From Antedon mediterranea (lineage: Eukaryota; Animalia; Echinodermata), in the NCBI RefSeq assembly GCF_964355755.1, contig NC_092675.1, forward strand, positions 17,704,912 through 17,768,911: a DNA stretch of 64,000 nt. The letters run 5' to 3'. The notes under the pieces are model-generated. The model did not search any database, was not told the DNA's origin, and saw only the letters and a program-made list of their open reading frames with translations. Positions 45,901-60,900 of the stretch are shown here, one piece after another. A program made the translations under genes and the position numbers. Each line of letters opens with the position of its first letter. Positions within the stretch are counted from its first letter, which is position 1.

Positions 45901-48900
45901 TAAAGTCATGTGCTTAGTGGGAAAACTGATAATGGAGGGATGGGAGAGAAATATAACAGGTGATCTGAAAAACTGATTGAGGGGGGATAGATTTCTACAT
46001 TATGTTTTAAAGCTTAACTATATTACTAACACCATTGCACTGGAAATGATGCTACAATGTTTTGTGACTACCAAACTATGAACAAACAAATTTAGATAAA
46101 TTGTTACAATATCTGGTTAAAAAAAAATTGATTGCAGTAGTGTAAGCTACAAATGCTTTTCAATGTTTAGATACTATGGGACTATGATTAATTCAATTTA
46201 TATAAAGATTGAGTAGTAATTTGGGTGATAATTTTGTGATAAATTAAAAATTATAATTGGTCAAGTATAATACACAGTATTGTGAACTATTGATGAATCA
46301 GCTGTAGAGAAGGAACTCCTCCCTGAACTACTTGAGTAGAATACTACACTTGTACAGAAGCCAAATACTTTCTCTTCTGTCAAATATGCCCTTTATATGA
46401 TTCATAACATTGCCTGGCAACAAAATGCATTGTGATGTTTTAATTAACATGAGAGGTATACACAGATGCAACTAGAAACATGAATATTGAATGTTGCAGT
46501 CAAGATATACAAAAGTAAGAATTATAGCAACTAATGTATTATATCTCCAGGTAAGAAAACATGTCCGAACATTATTGATGAGCACAATAAATTACACGGA
46601 TTAAAGCATTTGTAATGTTTGTTTTAATACAACACATTGTATATTAATTTATTACCATTATGTTATTACCATTATTAAATAAATGTTATTGAACTTAAAC
46701 TTTATCTATTTATTTAAACCATCAAAACTGTGTTGAGGTGGGGAGCGAGAAAACTCGTCCGAATATTACCGCATGAGCACAATGAATTAACATGATTATA
46801 GGGTTATCGTTGATCATCGCAAATCAAAAGCTTTTTAATTTCTTACCCATTGAACAAGTTTGGCTGTCTTCTCTCAGATTGAATCCAGTATCACAGTTGC
46901 AGAAAACTTGGTTCAAATTGTTATGCAAACAAATCTGTTCACAGCCTCCATTATTAATCGTACATGGATTGGAATCTATAGCAAAACATTCATAAGTAAT
47001 CAGGTTTACAAGTATAAATACTTTAAGACAATGTATTCCTACAGCCATCAGTGCCTTCTACAGTATACATGTATTATCCATAAGTAAAGAATGTATAGAA
47101 AGTACAGTATCTTTAAGCCAAATCAAACGTTTTATACAAACATAGAGGAAAGATGTAAAGGTACAAATGACACTAAAGAATTTGACAGCAGAACAAATAA
47201 CACTAATTTAATGAGTTCCAAAAAAGAATAAACCACGGGGATTAGTTGAGATTGACGGGTCAATAAATACCCCCATTAAATTCACCTTTTGTGTCTCTAT
47301 TTATACAACAAACATATACAATTTCTGTCTTTTTGTTAAAGTTTAAATTCAGCCTTGTACTTGTTGCGGTCTTGTTTGTTTAATGAGTCACCATATCACA
47401 CTTCATTAAACTTATAAATGAATCAAACTTTAATTATTCAAGCAAGGCAATCCTAGGTTACCTGTACCCAAGGTAGTTTCCCAGTTATTTCTTAAACTAT
47501 ATTTCAAACACAAATATTGCATTGTACAAAGCAAGATTGTATTTAATAACAAATCCCAATTATGAGGGTGTAAAGCTCTGTATACACTATCAAACTTTAT
47601 GTGACAAAAAAGTGTGATATATTATACAAATAATGAATGTTTATGAGTGTAATGGTACAAATAATGAATGTTTATGAGTGTAATGGTACAAATAATGAAT
47701 GTTTATGAGTGTAATGGTACAAATAATGAATGTTTATGAGTGTAATGGTACAAATAATGAATGTTTATGAGTGTAATGGTACAAATAATGAATGTTTATG
47801 AGTGTAATGGTACAAATAATGAATGTTTATGAGTGTAATGGTACAAATAATGAATGTTTATGAGTGTAATGGTACAAATAATGAATGTTTATGAGTGTAA
47901 TGGTACAAATAATGAATGTTTATGAGTGTAATGGTACAAATCAAATGACAGGAATTAATTTATTTGTTATATAAAACCAATATGGTAGTGATATGCTTAA
48001 ACCAATATGGTAGTGATATGCTTAAACATGGTAGTGATATGATCATCATGTCCATATATGGGCACATCACATTTTTGTCACATAAATTTGATAGTGTATA
48101 CAGAGCTTGACATTCATCAAAATGATCAAAATGTCAAGTTCTGTGTCTTTATTTGGAGAGTGTACTTATAACACACCCAAGTGTCGTCTAACTAACTACA
48201 ACTACTTTTTTAATGGCCTAGCCTACCACCTAACCTTCAACATGGATTCAAGATGGAAATTAATAAATAAAAGTTTACTTTAGAACATTAGGTGTGTTCA
48301 TTAATTAACAAGACTTGCATTATTGAACTTGAGCTTTATTATATTCCACCTACCGGACACACAGGTCTTTCCATCATTCAATAAAGTGTATCCATCATTA
48401 CACATACATTCATAATCATTATATTCAATACGAAATATACAGCGCTGATCACATCCTCCATTCGCCTTTGAACAAGGATTTAAATCTGATAGTGACAAAA
48501 GACAAGATATAAATAGTGGAACAACAAGAATACATTACTTACAATAAATGACCAAACATTATTTATTAGCAAACCAAAGATTATCCTAGCTATGTATTAG
48601 CAAACTAGGTATTCTTTTTAAAGTTTTCAATTTCCAGTAAAAATACTGGGTTTCCCCCAATTTGTTGAATTGAATTGAAGTATATATTTATACTGGGTAA
48701 CCTCTTCAGTCAAAGACTGGTCTCCCAGAGGGCCCAGTTGGTGATCAGTGGCTGTGATGTACTAATACACCGGGGTAACCCCCTACTCGTCTCGAAAGAT
48801 GTACTAGGTTCTTTAAAGTGCACACGAGCTAGATGTGTACACTGGACCTACGGTTTATAGTCCTTATCCGAGAAGACTCGTTCTACCACCAGAACCATGG

Positions 48901-51900
48901 AGTGAGTGAGCCTCGAACCCCTGCCGATGTTATGGCTACGTAATTACGGTTCCACTGTCTTAACCGCTCGGCCACTCACTCACTCACTTGTATTAATGGA
49001 TACTGGAAAAAACAGAAAGACAATTAATGCAGCAACTAGACGTCAGGCTAGGCCTACAGCTAGCATACAATTTTGTTTGTCACATAAAGTTTGATAGTGT
49101 AGACAGAGTACAAAAGTACAAAACAAGCCTTACTAATACAATTTTCTCCATTTCCACTATAACCTGGTGGGCATGTACATCTATATGATTGTTCAGTATC
49201 AGTGCATGTGGCTACTGGGTCACAATTATGGTTACCTGTCAAGCATTCATCTAAAAAAAAAAGAAACACAAACAGAAAGTTTTATAATTACTTCCCAATC
49301 TGTTTCCATTAATTTTCATAATGTTTCCACTTGCGTACAGAGGGTAATGTTAGAAAAACAGAGAAAAATAGTACTTTTACAGAGTTTTCAATCAATCAAT
49401 TGTTTAAGTTGTATAGCACCATTCCAATGATCATTACACATGGCATTGTCAAAGGTATGTTGCTCCTTAAAGTGTTCAGGAGCACTTGATGGCTACTGTG
49501 ATGTAGCCACGAGAAATAAAGTGGTCCGGTTTTCGCAAGAATAGGGAACAATCACTGTTCAAGTCACCGAGTTGTCAAAGGCCTCTGTGAAAAAGTAGTC
49601 AAGTTGAAACCTTACCAACCGTACTAGTGGCTACGTCCGTGAACTTTTTTTTTCCTTCATGGTAAAATTTGTATTTTGGAATGCTATAAAAAAGGCACTG
49701 GAAACTAAATAAAATCAAGATAAAATGAACATGCAACTTTTAACCAAGACCAAGAGCCCTCACACGGATCGAACAAATTTTTAAATTCTAATGGATTACC
49801 TAAAACACAGGACATAGTATCCCTGCTGAGTTTGTAGCCTTGGTTACATGAGCAAGCTGCTTGGTTGTGAGTGGCACGGAAACATTTATGCTCACATCCA
49901 CCATTGAATACTAAACATGGATCCACATCTACAAATTTAAAACAAAAACACGTTTATTATACAAGTTACTATCGTTTAAAGTTTTGATTAAATAAATTGC
50001 ATGCCATATACAGTGTTGAAAAACAGTTAGAAATTGTTTCCTGTGTTAGTCTACCTTCCTGATCTATAATAATATATGAGTCTAATGGGTGGGTTGAGTC
50101 TTGTATAATAATAATAATAATATATGAGTGTAATGGGTGGGTTGAGTCTTGTATAATAATAATAATATCTGAGTGTAATGGGTGAGTTGAGTCTTGTATA
50201 ATAATAATAATATCTGAGTGTAATGGGTGGGTTGAGTCTTGTATAATAATAATAATAATATCTGAGTGTAATGGGTGGGTTGAGTCTTGTATAATAATAA
50301 TAATATCTGAGTGTAATGGGTGGGTTGAGTCTTGTATAATAATAATAATATCTGAGTGTAATGGGTGGGTTGAGTCTTGTATAATAATAATAATATCTGA
50401 GTGTAATGGGTGGGTTGAGTCTTGTATAATAATAATAATATCTGAGTGTAATGGGTGGGTTGAGTCTTGTATAATAATAATAATATCTGAGTGTAATGGG
50501 TGGGTTGAGTCTTGTATAATAATAATAATATCTGAGTGTAATGGGTGGGTTGAGTCTTGTATAATAATAATAATATCTGAGTGTAATGGGTGGGCTGAGT
50601 CTTGTATAATAATAATAATATATGAGTCTAATGGGTGGGTTGAGTCTTGTATAATAATAATAATATCTGAGTGTAATGGGTGGGTTGAGTCTTGTATAAT
50701 AATAATAATATCTGAGTGTAATGGGTGGGTTGAGTCTTGTATAATAATAATAATATCTGAGTCTAATGGGTGGGTTGAGTCTTGTATAATAATAATAATA
50801 TCTGAGTGTAATGGGTGAGTTGAGTCTTGTATAATAATAATAATAATATCTGAGTCTAATGGGTGGGTTGAGTCTTGTATAATAATAATAATATCTGAGT
50901 GTAATGGGTGGGTTGAGTCTTGTATAATAATAATAATATCTGAGTGTAATGGGTGAGTTGAGTCTTGTATAATAATAATAATAATATCTGAGTCTAATGG
51001 GTGGGTTGAGTCTTGTATAATAATAATAATATATGAGTGTAATGGGTGGGTTGAGTCTTGTATAATAATAATAATAATATCTGAGTCTAATGGGTGGGTT
51101 GAGTTTTGTATAATAATAATAATATCTGAGTCTAATGGGTGGGTTGAGTCTTGTATAATAATAATAATATCTGAGTCTAATGGGTGGGTTGAGTCTTGTA
51201 TAATAATAATAATAATATCTGAGTCTAATGGGTGGGTTGAGTCTTGTATAATAATAATAATATCTGAGTGTAATGGGTGAGTTGAGTCTTGTATAATAAT
51301 AATAATATCTGAGTGTAATGGGTGGTGGTATAATTTAGTTAATTTTCTTAAGAAAATTATCAACAATAATAAGGTCATTTTGGAATAAAAGGGATGTAAT
51401 GTGAAACAGGTATACTATCAGTAAAGATATTTAGTATATTTTAAACTTTTTACATCACAATCAATATATTTTTTTCCAGGCATTTATCCCACATAGTATC
51501 ATTGATAAAATACACAACATGGTTATACATTTAATAGTATTTTACATTTTAATATTAGATTACATTTTATTTTATCTGAAATTATCAAGGATTTTACACC
51601 GTTTTATTATGCCATATTTTGAAATGCTCATGGTCACATAACATTACATTTTGACCCCTTTTCTAGCACGAATTAAGATGTCAACAGTTTTTATGACTCA
51701 TTATATCCAAAATTCCCTTTTATTATTCGTAACTGGCTGCAAACAGAAGTGTCATGCTGGACAACCCTAGATGTGGATATGGTACTTGAAATGAATAAGG
51801 CAATTGAGGAAATTAAACATCTTCAAACTAGGGGCTTTTCAATTGGTCATGTTGTCCAACATACTGTATACTTGCTGTATAGACAGAATTAACAATACTA

Positions 51901-54900
51901 CTGTATGACAGCATAATCTGCTACAGAATTGTATTAAAAGCAGAATATAATACAATACAAGAAAATTGATTGCAAAATCTAAAGTTCAACAAAACAACAA
52001 AAGAGATGAAAATATATATACCGGTATATAAATAAGTAAAAAACTAGATATCAAAATATAAAAAAATAATAACAATTAAAGAAATGTTAAACATATATTT
52101 AATATTTGAAATCAGAAAATTGATTTGAAAGTATTTAAGTAATCTAAGTAAATCTTTGTTTGAGCCTTTTCATACACAAACAATATTAAAAATGCAGCAA
52201 GCTCTGGTATTCTGAATTTTTTACCACTAACAGCAGTATAAAACTGTTATACTCTACTAATATTGGTTATTGTAAACATAGGAACAAAGTTTATTATAAT
52301 GTAGTTATGCTACCATAATGTTTATTATATAGGCCTATGTTTGTATCCGTTGTATTTGTTTATTAACCTTCCTGTTATTGGCGAATTCTTTTTGCTGTTG
52401 GTTTGGGTTTTAGTTTTGAAATAAAATAAAAACGTAAAAAAAATGTCTTCAGTTTATTAAACTACCAGAAATGTAACTTGCGCATATTATCAAATCTGAA
52501 CAAACATAGTCACAAGAGACCGCACAAGGTCATGTGATCCACACAGTTTCTCTATGATAAGAGTTCAGAAAGATGAACACCTTACCTAGAGTTGGATCAA
52601 ATAGGATTGTAGGGGATTAAGAAAGCTGGATAGCAGGTTGAAGTTTACCCTCTCTTCAAGCAATGTTGAACTGGCTTAAACAAGGCCAACAAAGATTTCA
52701 CAAACAGATTGTCATACGATAGGTCAGACAGGAGTTTTTTCATTTTAAGATGGCAAATCTCACATGACGATGATGTCCACAAAAGAAAGTGATAAATAAG
52801 CTTCCTAATCTTTAGTAGTGGCATACTTAATAGTGTTTTGGGGGAGAAAGGTGAATTGAATCAGAAGAAAAAAACAATAAATTTTCAGAAAAAAAAATCC
52901 ATTTGCTTCGTCATAACAAATTTACACAAAATTGGAACAGAAAGAAATTCTTTGTAGAATTCTTTAAAAAATGAAATTAAGCTTTTGCATACGATAGAAA
53001 CAATTTCTCCTTGGTTCAAGCATTGAGAAAGCATATTCATATGTTGAAAGTGGATATGATTTAATAAGTATTAAATATAAAATATTTTATTTAAACATTT
53101 GCACATCAAAGTAAAACTAGGAAATACGATTTGTGGTACATCATGGTTTCCAAAGAGAGATAAAAAGTTAAGAATGTCTTGACATTAATAATGTAATTGT
53201 TCACCTGACCTAGGTGGGTTGATGTTCATTACTATATAGATTAAGTACTAACCTTGTGAAATTGTGACTTTTTATAGCTTCAATTTTTTTTTGTCCTGTA
53301 TTATATGAACTTTCGCGCTGCGCCTATAGGCAGTTAGAGGACGGAAGCATTAGGAAAATGACATCACATGGAAGCTTATAGTTCACTACGAAAAAAAATG
53401 GGAAACTTGGACTGGCATGCACAAAACCCAAAGTACGCCTGGGAGAAGAGAGTCTATGAGATGTATGCAGACAAGTAGTCTGTAAGACCTGTTCAATAAA
53501 CAATGTTTTTTCGTTTTTGGCTGTTTAAATTATTAAAAAGAATTTAATTTTAAAAAAAAGCATCATTTAATAAAGAAAGGACAATAATTAACAATCAGCT
53601 GTTACATTAAAATTCAAATAGCAGTGTTTGTCAGAAATATATTTTGTTTATAGTTTAGCTTTAATTTGTATAAATGTTTTAGCATGTAAATGTTGGCAAT
53701 ATTAAACCACAAATCAAATTCATTTATCAGATAAGATTGATTGACTTTGAACATGTGTTATTATTGATATTAGGATGTTGTGAATGAATGAATGAATGAA
53801 GGACGACGACATATAAAAAAATAGGAAGTTTGTTGAGGTGACATTGTTTGACTGATTGGTACAATGTATATCTATAAACTAGTCAACTGATGTCATGTTA
53901 CTATAAATAGATATTAAAAGGATCTAGTAATTAAGATTTGTTAGTCATGAATTTATACAGGAGTTAAAAAAAATATGATTACAAAAAACAACTTGAATAA
54001 ACTTGAAGTCGTTAATTTTCAAGAAGTTTGTTTTAGAAGGGAGGAGGTATAAGAACAAATTATGTTTATATAATAATCAAATAGTTACTGATTATCTTAA
54101 AAGTAATTAATATATTATTCAAATTTATACCATAATAGAGACTGACTGTACATTTGTTCATATACATATTTTACTGTTGCATGCTTATACACACATGAAG
54201 TAACTAAATTACTGAAATGGTCCTGGGAAGGCTTTAAACTACAATCTTATTGTAATTTTTCTAGTATTTTATCATATTTTACAAATTTATTTTTTGTTAT
54301 TGGGAATCTGTATATCAGTAAATGTGATTGATAAATGATTGATAGATGATCGAAACAATTTCCTTTATTCTGGCATTAATTTAATTTCTTTTTGTCAAAC
54401 TTTCATTTTCCAATCCAAAAGCTTTAACCATTACCTTTAGATTAATTTTAAAATAACAAATACTGAGATAACCTTACAATAATTGACAGAATTGTAAATA
54501 ACAAGAAGGACAGTAAGTAGAGTACAAATAAGAAAAATAAATGAAAATTGTGAATCATAAACTGAGTAACGAATATTAGATATGGCAGTTTTTTAAAAAC
54601 GGTGGCAAATCCTTAAGGAATTACAAATTACAAGTATGGAAGGACTTGCAGGAATCGGGTGCAAATTATCAGTGTTATTTAACCTTTCACTAGCTTTTTG
54701 TGCATTTGCCAAACATCAGGCTGCAGAAAACAGCTGATTCAAGGGTCAGAAGTTGAGCAGAGATTCAATTCAAATAAAAGAAAAATCAAGAAATGTAATA
54801 ATATAAAACAATGTGATGAATTTGTGCAAGGAACACTTTGATATGACATTTGTGTTATATTTAAATGGTAATTGGTTTGGCAGGCTTCAGAAGCCGAGTT

Positions 54901-57900
54901 TACAAAATGCCAAATTTGTTAACTCTGTTGTATGCAGGCATAAACTGATTTAATCATGTCCAAGATACATCTGCAGTATGCGCTTGTGTGATAACTATCT
55001 AACCATCATATATGACGACTGTGTCCAAGTTATCCAATATTAAATGTGGTAGGTTCCAGAATATAACGCTAAACAAGCTTCTCATCATGGTATATCAAAT
55101 GTTTTTGACCTTTTTTGATTGCGTTTTAACAAACAAAACAAGCTAAACCGCAATTTAACTCCGATAGAGAAAAGAGCTTGTCAGCATAGCTATTTAGGCC
55201 GCTGTAACCAGACTTTAAAATATTAAACAAAAGATACTGTTAGAGATTGTACGATGTACAGAATTTTAAGTATTCCATCTATACTTCAAGTTAATCTTCA
55301 GCTCTGTCTACACTATCAAACTAGTTTGATGTGCCCAAATATGGTAGTGATATGGCTGAATATGGTAGTGATATGAAATCATCATGTCCATATATGGGCA
55401 CATCACATTATTTTGTCACATTAAATTTGATAGTGTAGACAGAGCTTAAAAGAAGAAAGATTTACTTTAAACTATGACAGGGATCAGGTGCCTCACCCTA
55501 AATTTAACAACAGTGGATTATAACAACAGAGGTCTAAATCTCACAAACAGGAACATTGCGCTATTTTGTTGATATATCTAGCAAAAATAATTATACACCA
55601 TAAAATCAGTGCTCTAATCAAAAAACAAACTGTTTTAGTAATAATGAAAGAGTAATGAGTACAGTGAATATAGTCAGTGAGTGTTATCTCATAGTCATTG
55701 AGGGATTAACGGTGGGAAGGGGAAATATAATTTATATATCCGAGATTTTAAAATTAATCACACTTCACTTGGTTTTCCATGTGTTATTATTTAAATTTGA
55801 TGACATTAAATTTTGCAATAAATGATCTGAATTTAAACTTTCCTCAGGCATTTTCTTGTTGTAGAGTCCAGTCCGTTCTCACATGCTAATCTCTATTATA
55901 ATTTCAACTCTCCTTCTTGTGATGGCAATAACAACTCTTATTTTCATAGCATACTTATAATATTGAATTAAACGATATGCAGTCAACTCTCTTGATGCCA
56001 GACTCTCTGTCCCAAAATCATTTTTACCATTAGAAACGCATTCAAATACCAGACTTTCACGAAAACCAGACATATTAGGCCAGCCCAGGTGTCCGGTATT
56101 GGTAGAGTTGAATCTACAAACAACCGCGGGATTACTTCAAAATTAGATAATTTATTATAATCAAATAATAATTTAATGACAGTATGTCATCTTACCAAGT
56201 ATATCTTGTTTACTGGGATGCACAATCTGCAATCCCTTCAGATGGTCTCCTATACCAGATAATCTCAATGGATTCAGTCCAGTATCAATGTCCAAACGAA
56301 TAATCTGACCATGAACTTCATCAGTGAACCACACATGGTCACCAAATTGTGCAACAGACCATGGCTTGTATACACCACTTGATGCAATGATGCTACGTCC
56401 CGTCCCATCTAAGTTTGCCATCTCAACTGTCTCACGTCCTAAATGTTATAAAACATTTTAAAAAATACAAAATTGAATGTCACTGTTTTTTTTTTCAAGC
56501 ATAAAGTAGAATTCTCATAAAATGAGTTTATGCCTGCAATTAGGTCTTGTTTGCGGATAAACAGCATCTTCAAAAGCTCGACGAAATCTAGACAGACAGC
56601 CATTAACAATTGTTTGGGAATGAGTAACAATGGAGTTTACCAGAAACGCTGAAACTTCAAGTTTCCTAAACGCACCCTAAAGCCTGGTTTCCATAAAATC
56701 GCTACACGACAGAGCGTAGCGATTCTATGGAAACGGTAGAATTTATCGGGGATCTAGTACGCGAGCGCTAAATATTCTTTGGTAAGCGTATACGATTCAT
56801 CGCCGACACAATCGGCAAAGTTGAACATGGTTGAACTTTGCCGATTTGACTGCGATGAATCGGGGAGCCTTCCCGATTGCGTCGGCGACATCTGCGCGTG
56901 TAGCGATTTTAATGGAAACGCTGTAGCAATTTTAATGGAAACCAGGCTTTAGGAGCACTCTCTAGCTTAATGCAGCACCTATTTTAAACTGTACCTGAAT
57001 CAACCCACACTAGTTTCTGACGTTGAAAATCGATGGTAAGGCTAGAAGGCCAAACTAACGTATCACCAACTACAGTCACCCTGTCATGATCAAAGAGCTG
57101 AGCCACTTCTATCTTAGGTCTCGTTCCCCAATCTGTCCAGTACACAAGGCTTCAAACAGAACAATAAGATATATAGTTAATTCCAAAAGACTTCAAACAG
57201 AACAATAAGATATATAGTTAATTCCAAAAGACTTCAAACAGAACAATAAGATATATAGTTAATTCCAAAAGGCTTCAAACAGAACAATAAGATATATAGT
57301 TAATTCCACAAGACTTCAAACAGAACAATAAGATATATAGTTAATTCCAAAAGACTTCAAACAGAACAATAAGATATATAGTTAATTCCAAAAGGCTTCA
57401 AACAGAACAATAAGATATATAGTTAATTCCAAAAGACTTCAAACAGAACATAGTTAATTCCAAAAGATTTGTTATCTAGATTGTTGTTCTTATATATTTC
57501 CATTATAAATTTCTAAGATTTTATTTTTTGGGGAAAAATGAAGAACAAATAAAATTTAAAAATCATATTCATTATGTTTATTACATATTGAATTTTTTTT
57601 AAATATTGTAGTTATCAATAAAAATATAATTTTCATTATCAATATCAGTATTTAATCAAATTTCTTGTCTACACAATTGACAGCATCATAATTGTTAAGC
57701 TAGTAGTATATTTGACAGGTAGGGGCCTAAGGAAATGTATATTAATATTTAAATATGATTTGAATGATTAGATTAACTAACATATTATATATCTAATCAG
57801 AGAAGAATAATGTAGGATCTTGTGACAAAATAAGGTCACTCAGTAAGCGAGGAAGCCGTTCTGAGATGAAATTCAAAATTACCATCAAGGTCAAAGGGTA

Positions 57901-60900
57901 AAGCATTGAATCATAATGATGTAACAACATTTGTCATGATTGTGCTGTCACTTTGTCAGCAATATTCTCAAAGAAAAACATAAACTTTTCTAAAGTTCTG
58001 ACTACATTATCAAACTTGTTTGACAAAAAAAAAGGTGTGATGTGCCCAAATATGGTAGTGATATGACATCATTTCCATGTATGCATATACATCACATTTT
58101 TTTGTCACATAAAATTTGATAGTGTAGAGCTTTAGGGAAGAATATGTCCACTTTGAAACTATGATCTTGAACACCTTTTACAATTACATTTCATGTCCAA
58201 CATGTTTGACGGCAGATGCCAATCGTGATCCCACAGGCACTACAGATGATCCTATGGGAACTGCAGATGATCCCATGGGCTGTGGGACAGTTACCTTAGG
58301 GAAGTTAGTGTTAGACACAGTTATTCATTTATAATTAAGTTAATTAATGAGGCTGCAAGTTTACAGGAGTTGTCAAATGAATAATATTTTTTACAGTATT
58401 GGTAGTAAATCACTGTCAATATGTTTATGCAAATAGTTTTTCTGTTATTGCCAATAAAGTTTAAAGTTGAATGGTAGGTAGTATGGTTAAGAAGCAATAG
58501 CAGAGTTCAAGCATTGATTAGTCACACTATTCCACTCTCATGTTTACATCTTTACACATTTAATTACAGTATTTGTAATCATGAGTTGGTTTAAAGTTCT
58601 TGTTTCTGCTTTTCCAAAATATATGAAATATAAAATTAATAAGTAGAGTTACTTTGATAAAACCTTGTCATGAGAAGATTACAGTCGAGTAGTGCCCCTG
58701 TGGGTAGGGTTAATATTTAATTTATTCAATAGGAATGCTGACCTTTTTGATTATTCTATTTAAATAGAAAACAAAGACAAATAATATGAAATTATGATTT
58801 AAACATCCTAAAAATGTCAGAAAGATGCCTTTGAGTAGGAAGCTCCCTGATTCAGAGAAAAATCATACCTCAGATACTGTTTGTAAAACTAATTCTGTAA
58901 TGATTTTTAATCAAATAATTTTAAAAAACAAATCATGGAGTCAGATCCAGGACAACAGAGAAAAATCATACCTCAGATACTGTAGTAACGCTGTAACTCT
59001 ATGATTATTAAGATAACAGAGCACCAACATAAAGTATGTTTATTGAGAATGAATGCAATGATAAATACAAAATTAACATAATTGTTATAAGGAGATATTG
59101 AATGTCATCTTCTATATAGGATTAATAATTATTAAAATTTTGAATAATTTATGATCGTTATTTAAATTGAAACTGTAAGATAAATTATTTGATGGTAAAT
59201 ATAAAGGTAGTTCCAAACAGGTACATTTCTAGGCGCTAATAATACATGTCAGTTCTACAGACTAATTTTGAAGTATTACTGTTGGGAATAAGAAGTTAGG
59301 CTAAGGGGCACATTCTGAACTTCTAACCCCATTTGTGACCACTGAATCACTTTTACTAACAACTCATTTAATGTCTCAAGAATCATGATGTAATTTGTGA
59401 TGTAACTATTCTGGGTATGAGAAAGTTTAGACGGATATGATTTTGTAACACACTAAGGTCAGGTAAAACATGAAATGTATGAAAATGTTTAGAAATTTGC
59501 CTGTCTGATTCATTTGACCCAGTAGCCTATTTTTCACAAATTATTTTGGGGGCTAAAAATTATGAACCAATAAAAACCAGTATATTTTAATATCTAAGGT
59601 AAACATTTTCTGTCCCATCAGAGTTTAATTTTAAAACATTAAACATTCATTTAGAAAAAACTGAAAACATGACAGAAACACATTGACCTAAAATCCTAAA
59701 TAAAATAATTAAATTTGGTTTCTTGAGAAAAACAGTAAAAATAACAGCAACAGAAAATTTTAAAAATGTGTACTATTCAGATTTACTATTAGATTTTTTT
59801 ATTTTTTATTTTATTAATCATCTTTAGAGAGGATCAAACCTTACAGGAAAATGTAATTGATATTAAGGGATCCTCTGTCAATTGAAATTAAATACATATG
59901 AAACAATTAAAAAACATGACAAAACAAAATATAAAAGACTGCCAAATTTTATACAATATTTATTAGTTTAGGTAGGAGCAGAGACCACCGACTTTACGAT
60001 CACGAAAATGTATTAATCAAACTAATATCAATAAAAACATAATTAGCATAAAGTGAAATAGCTAATTGAATTTTTAATTGACCATGTAACACTAAACTAT
60101 TGACTTTTGAATGGCTTGTTATGTTGTACACTTTGATTATCAGCATGCATCCAATTAGGATATGAGGGGAGTGACATCAAACCCTTTTCCTTGAGCTATC
60201 TATTATGAATGCTACAATCATTGTTCCCCCTTTTACTCAGGAGTCTATCAGGATGTGCTCTTAGAATTTATCAAGGTTAATTATGATTTGATTAAACTAA
60301 GGGTTTTAGATTATTTGATTTGTGATCTAGTTGTCAAAATGATATAACATATTGATGAGAAAGTACTATTAATCTATGACAACCTTTTAAGTTATTGTTC
60401 GGTTAAAGCAGAAGAAAAATACTAATAATATTTAAATAATAGTATGACTAATTTATAAAACGATGCTATCAAATAAAATAATAAGAAATATAAATTTTAA
60501 AATGAAGAGCTATAAATAGAAAATGAGTTTGTAAACAAGGTTACAGGATTGCATGACATGACACCAAATACAACAATTTAACACAGCTCAACAAAAGGTT
60601 ATGTACCTATAGCTCCCTACTCCGCAACTATGTTAAATTTTGAAATTATGATTGTTTTACATTTTTTATTAATAATTTGCATTAACACCTGCTTTATTCT
60701 AATTTTAAAAGTGTAAAATCCAATTATTTTTTTTTATTCCAAAGCTTATTTAAAAAAATTAAATAAAAGCATATATTTAATGGGCTATACAGTTAATTGG
60801 ACATACTGATTACAAGATAAGTTAAAATGTGCAGCCGTAGCTTTTTATCTATTTCTGTTTTTCTTTTATTTTTTACTTTTTTAAAAAGGGATGATAAAGT

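Noticed and set aside
48900-48985. tRNA gene
   Set aside because: A and B boxes are present but with an extended non-cloverleaf interior, attached to a SINE body.
49969-51378. 469-aa ORF (DIIIIIQDSTHPLHS)n
   Set aside because: By-product of a 45/48-bp intronic minisatellite that varies only by AAT triplets; the flanking exons (56196 and 49928) splice in frame without it.
52585-52680. Candidate extra exon of the EGF-like gene (strong minus-strand donor CTAG|GTAAGG)
   Set aside because: The required phase-1 frame has a TAA 10 codons upstream; no EGF or YWTD similarity.
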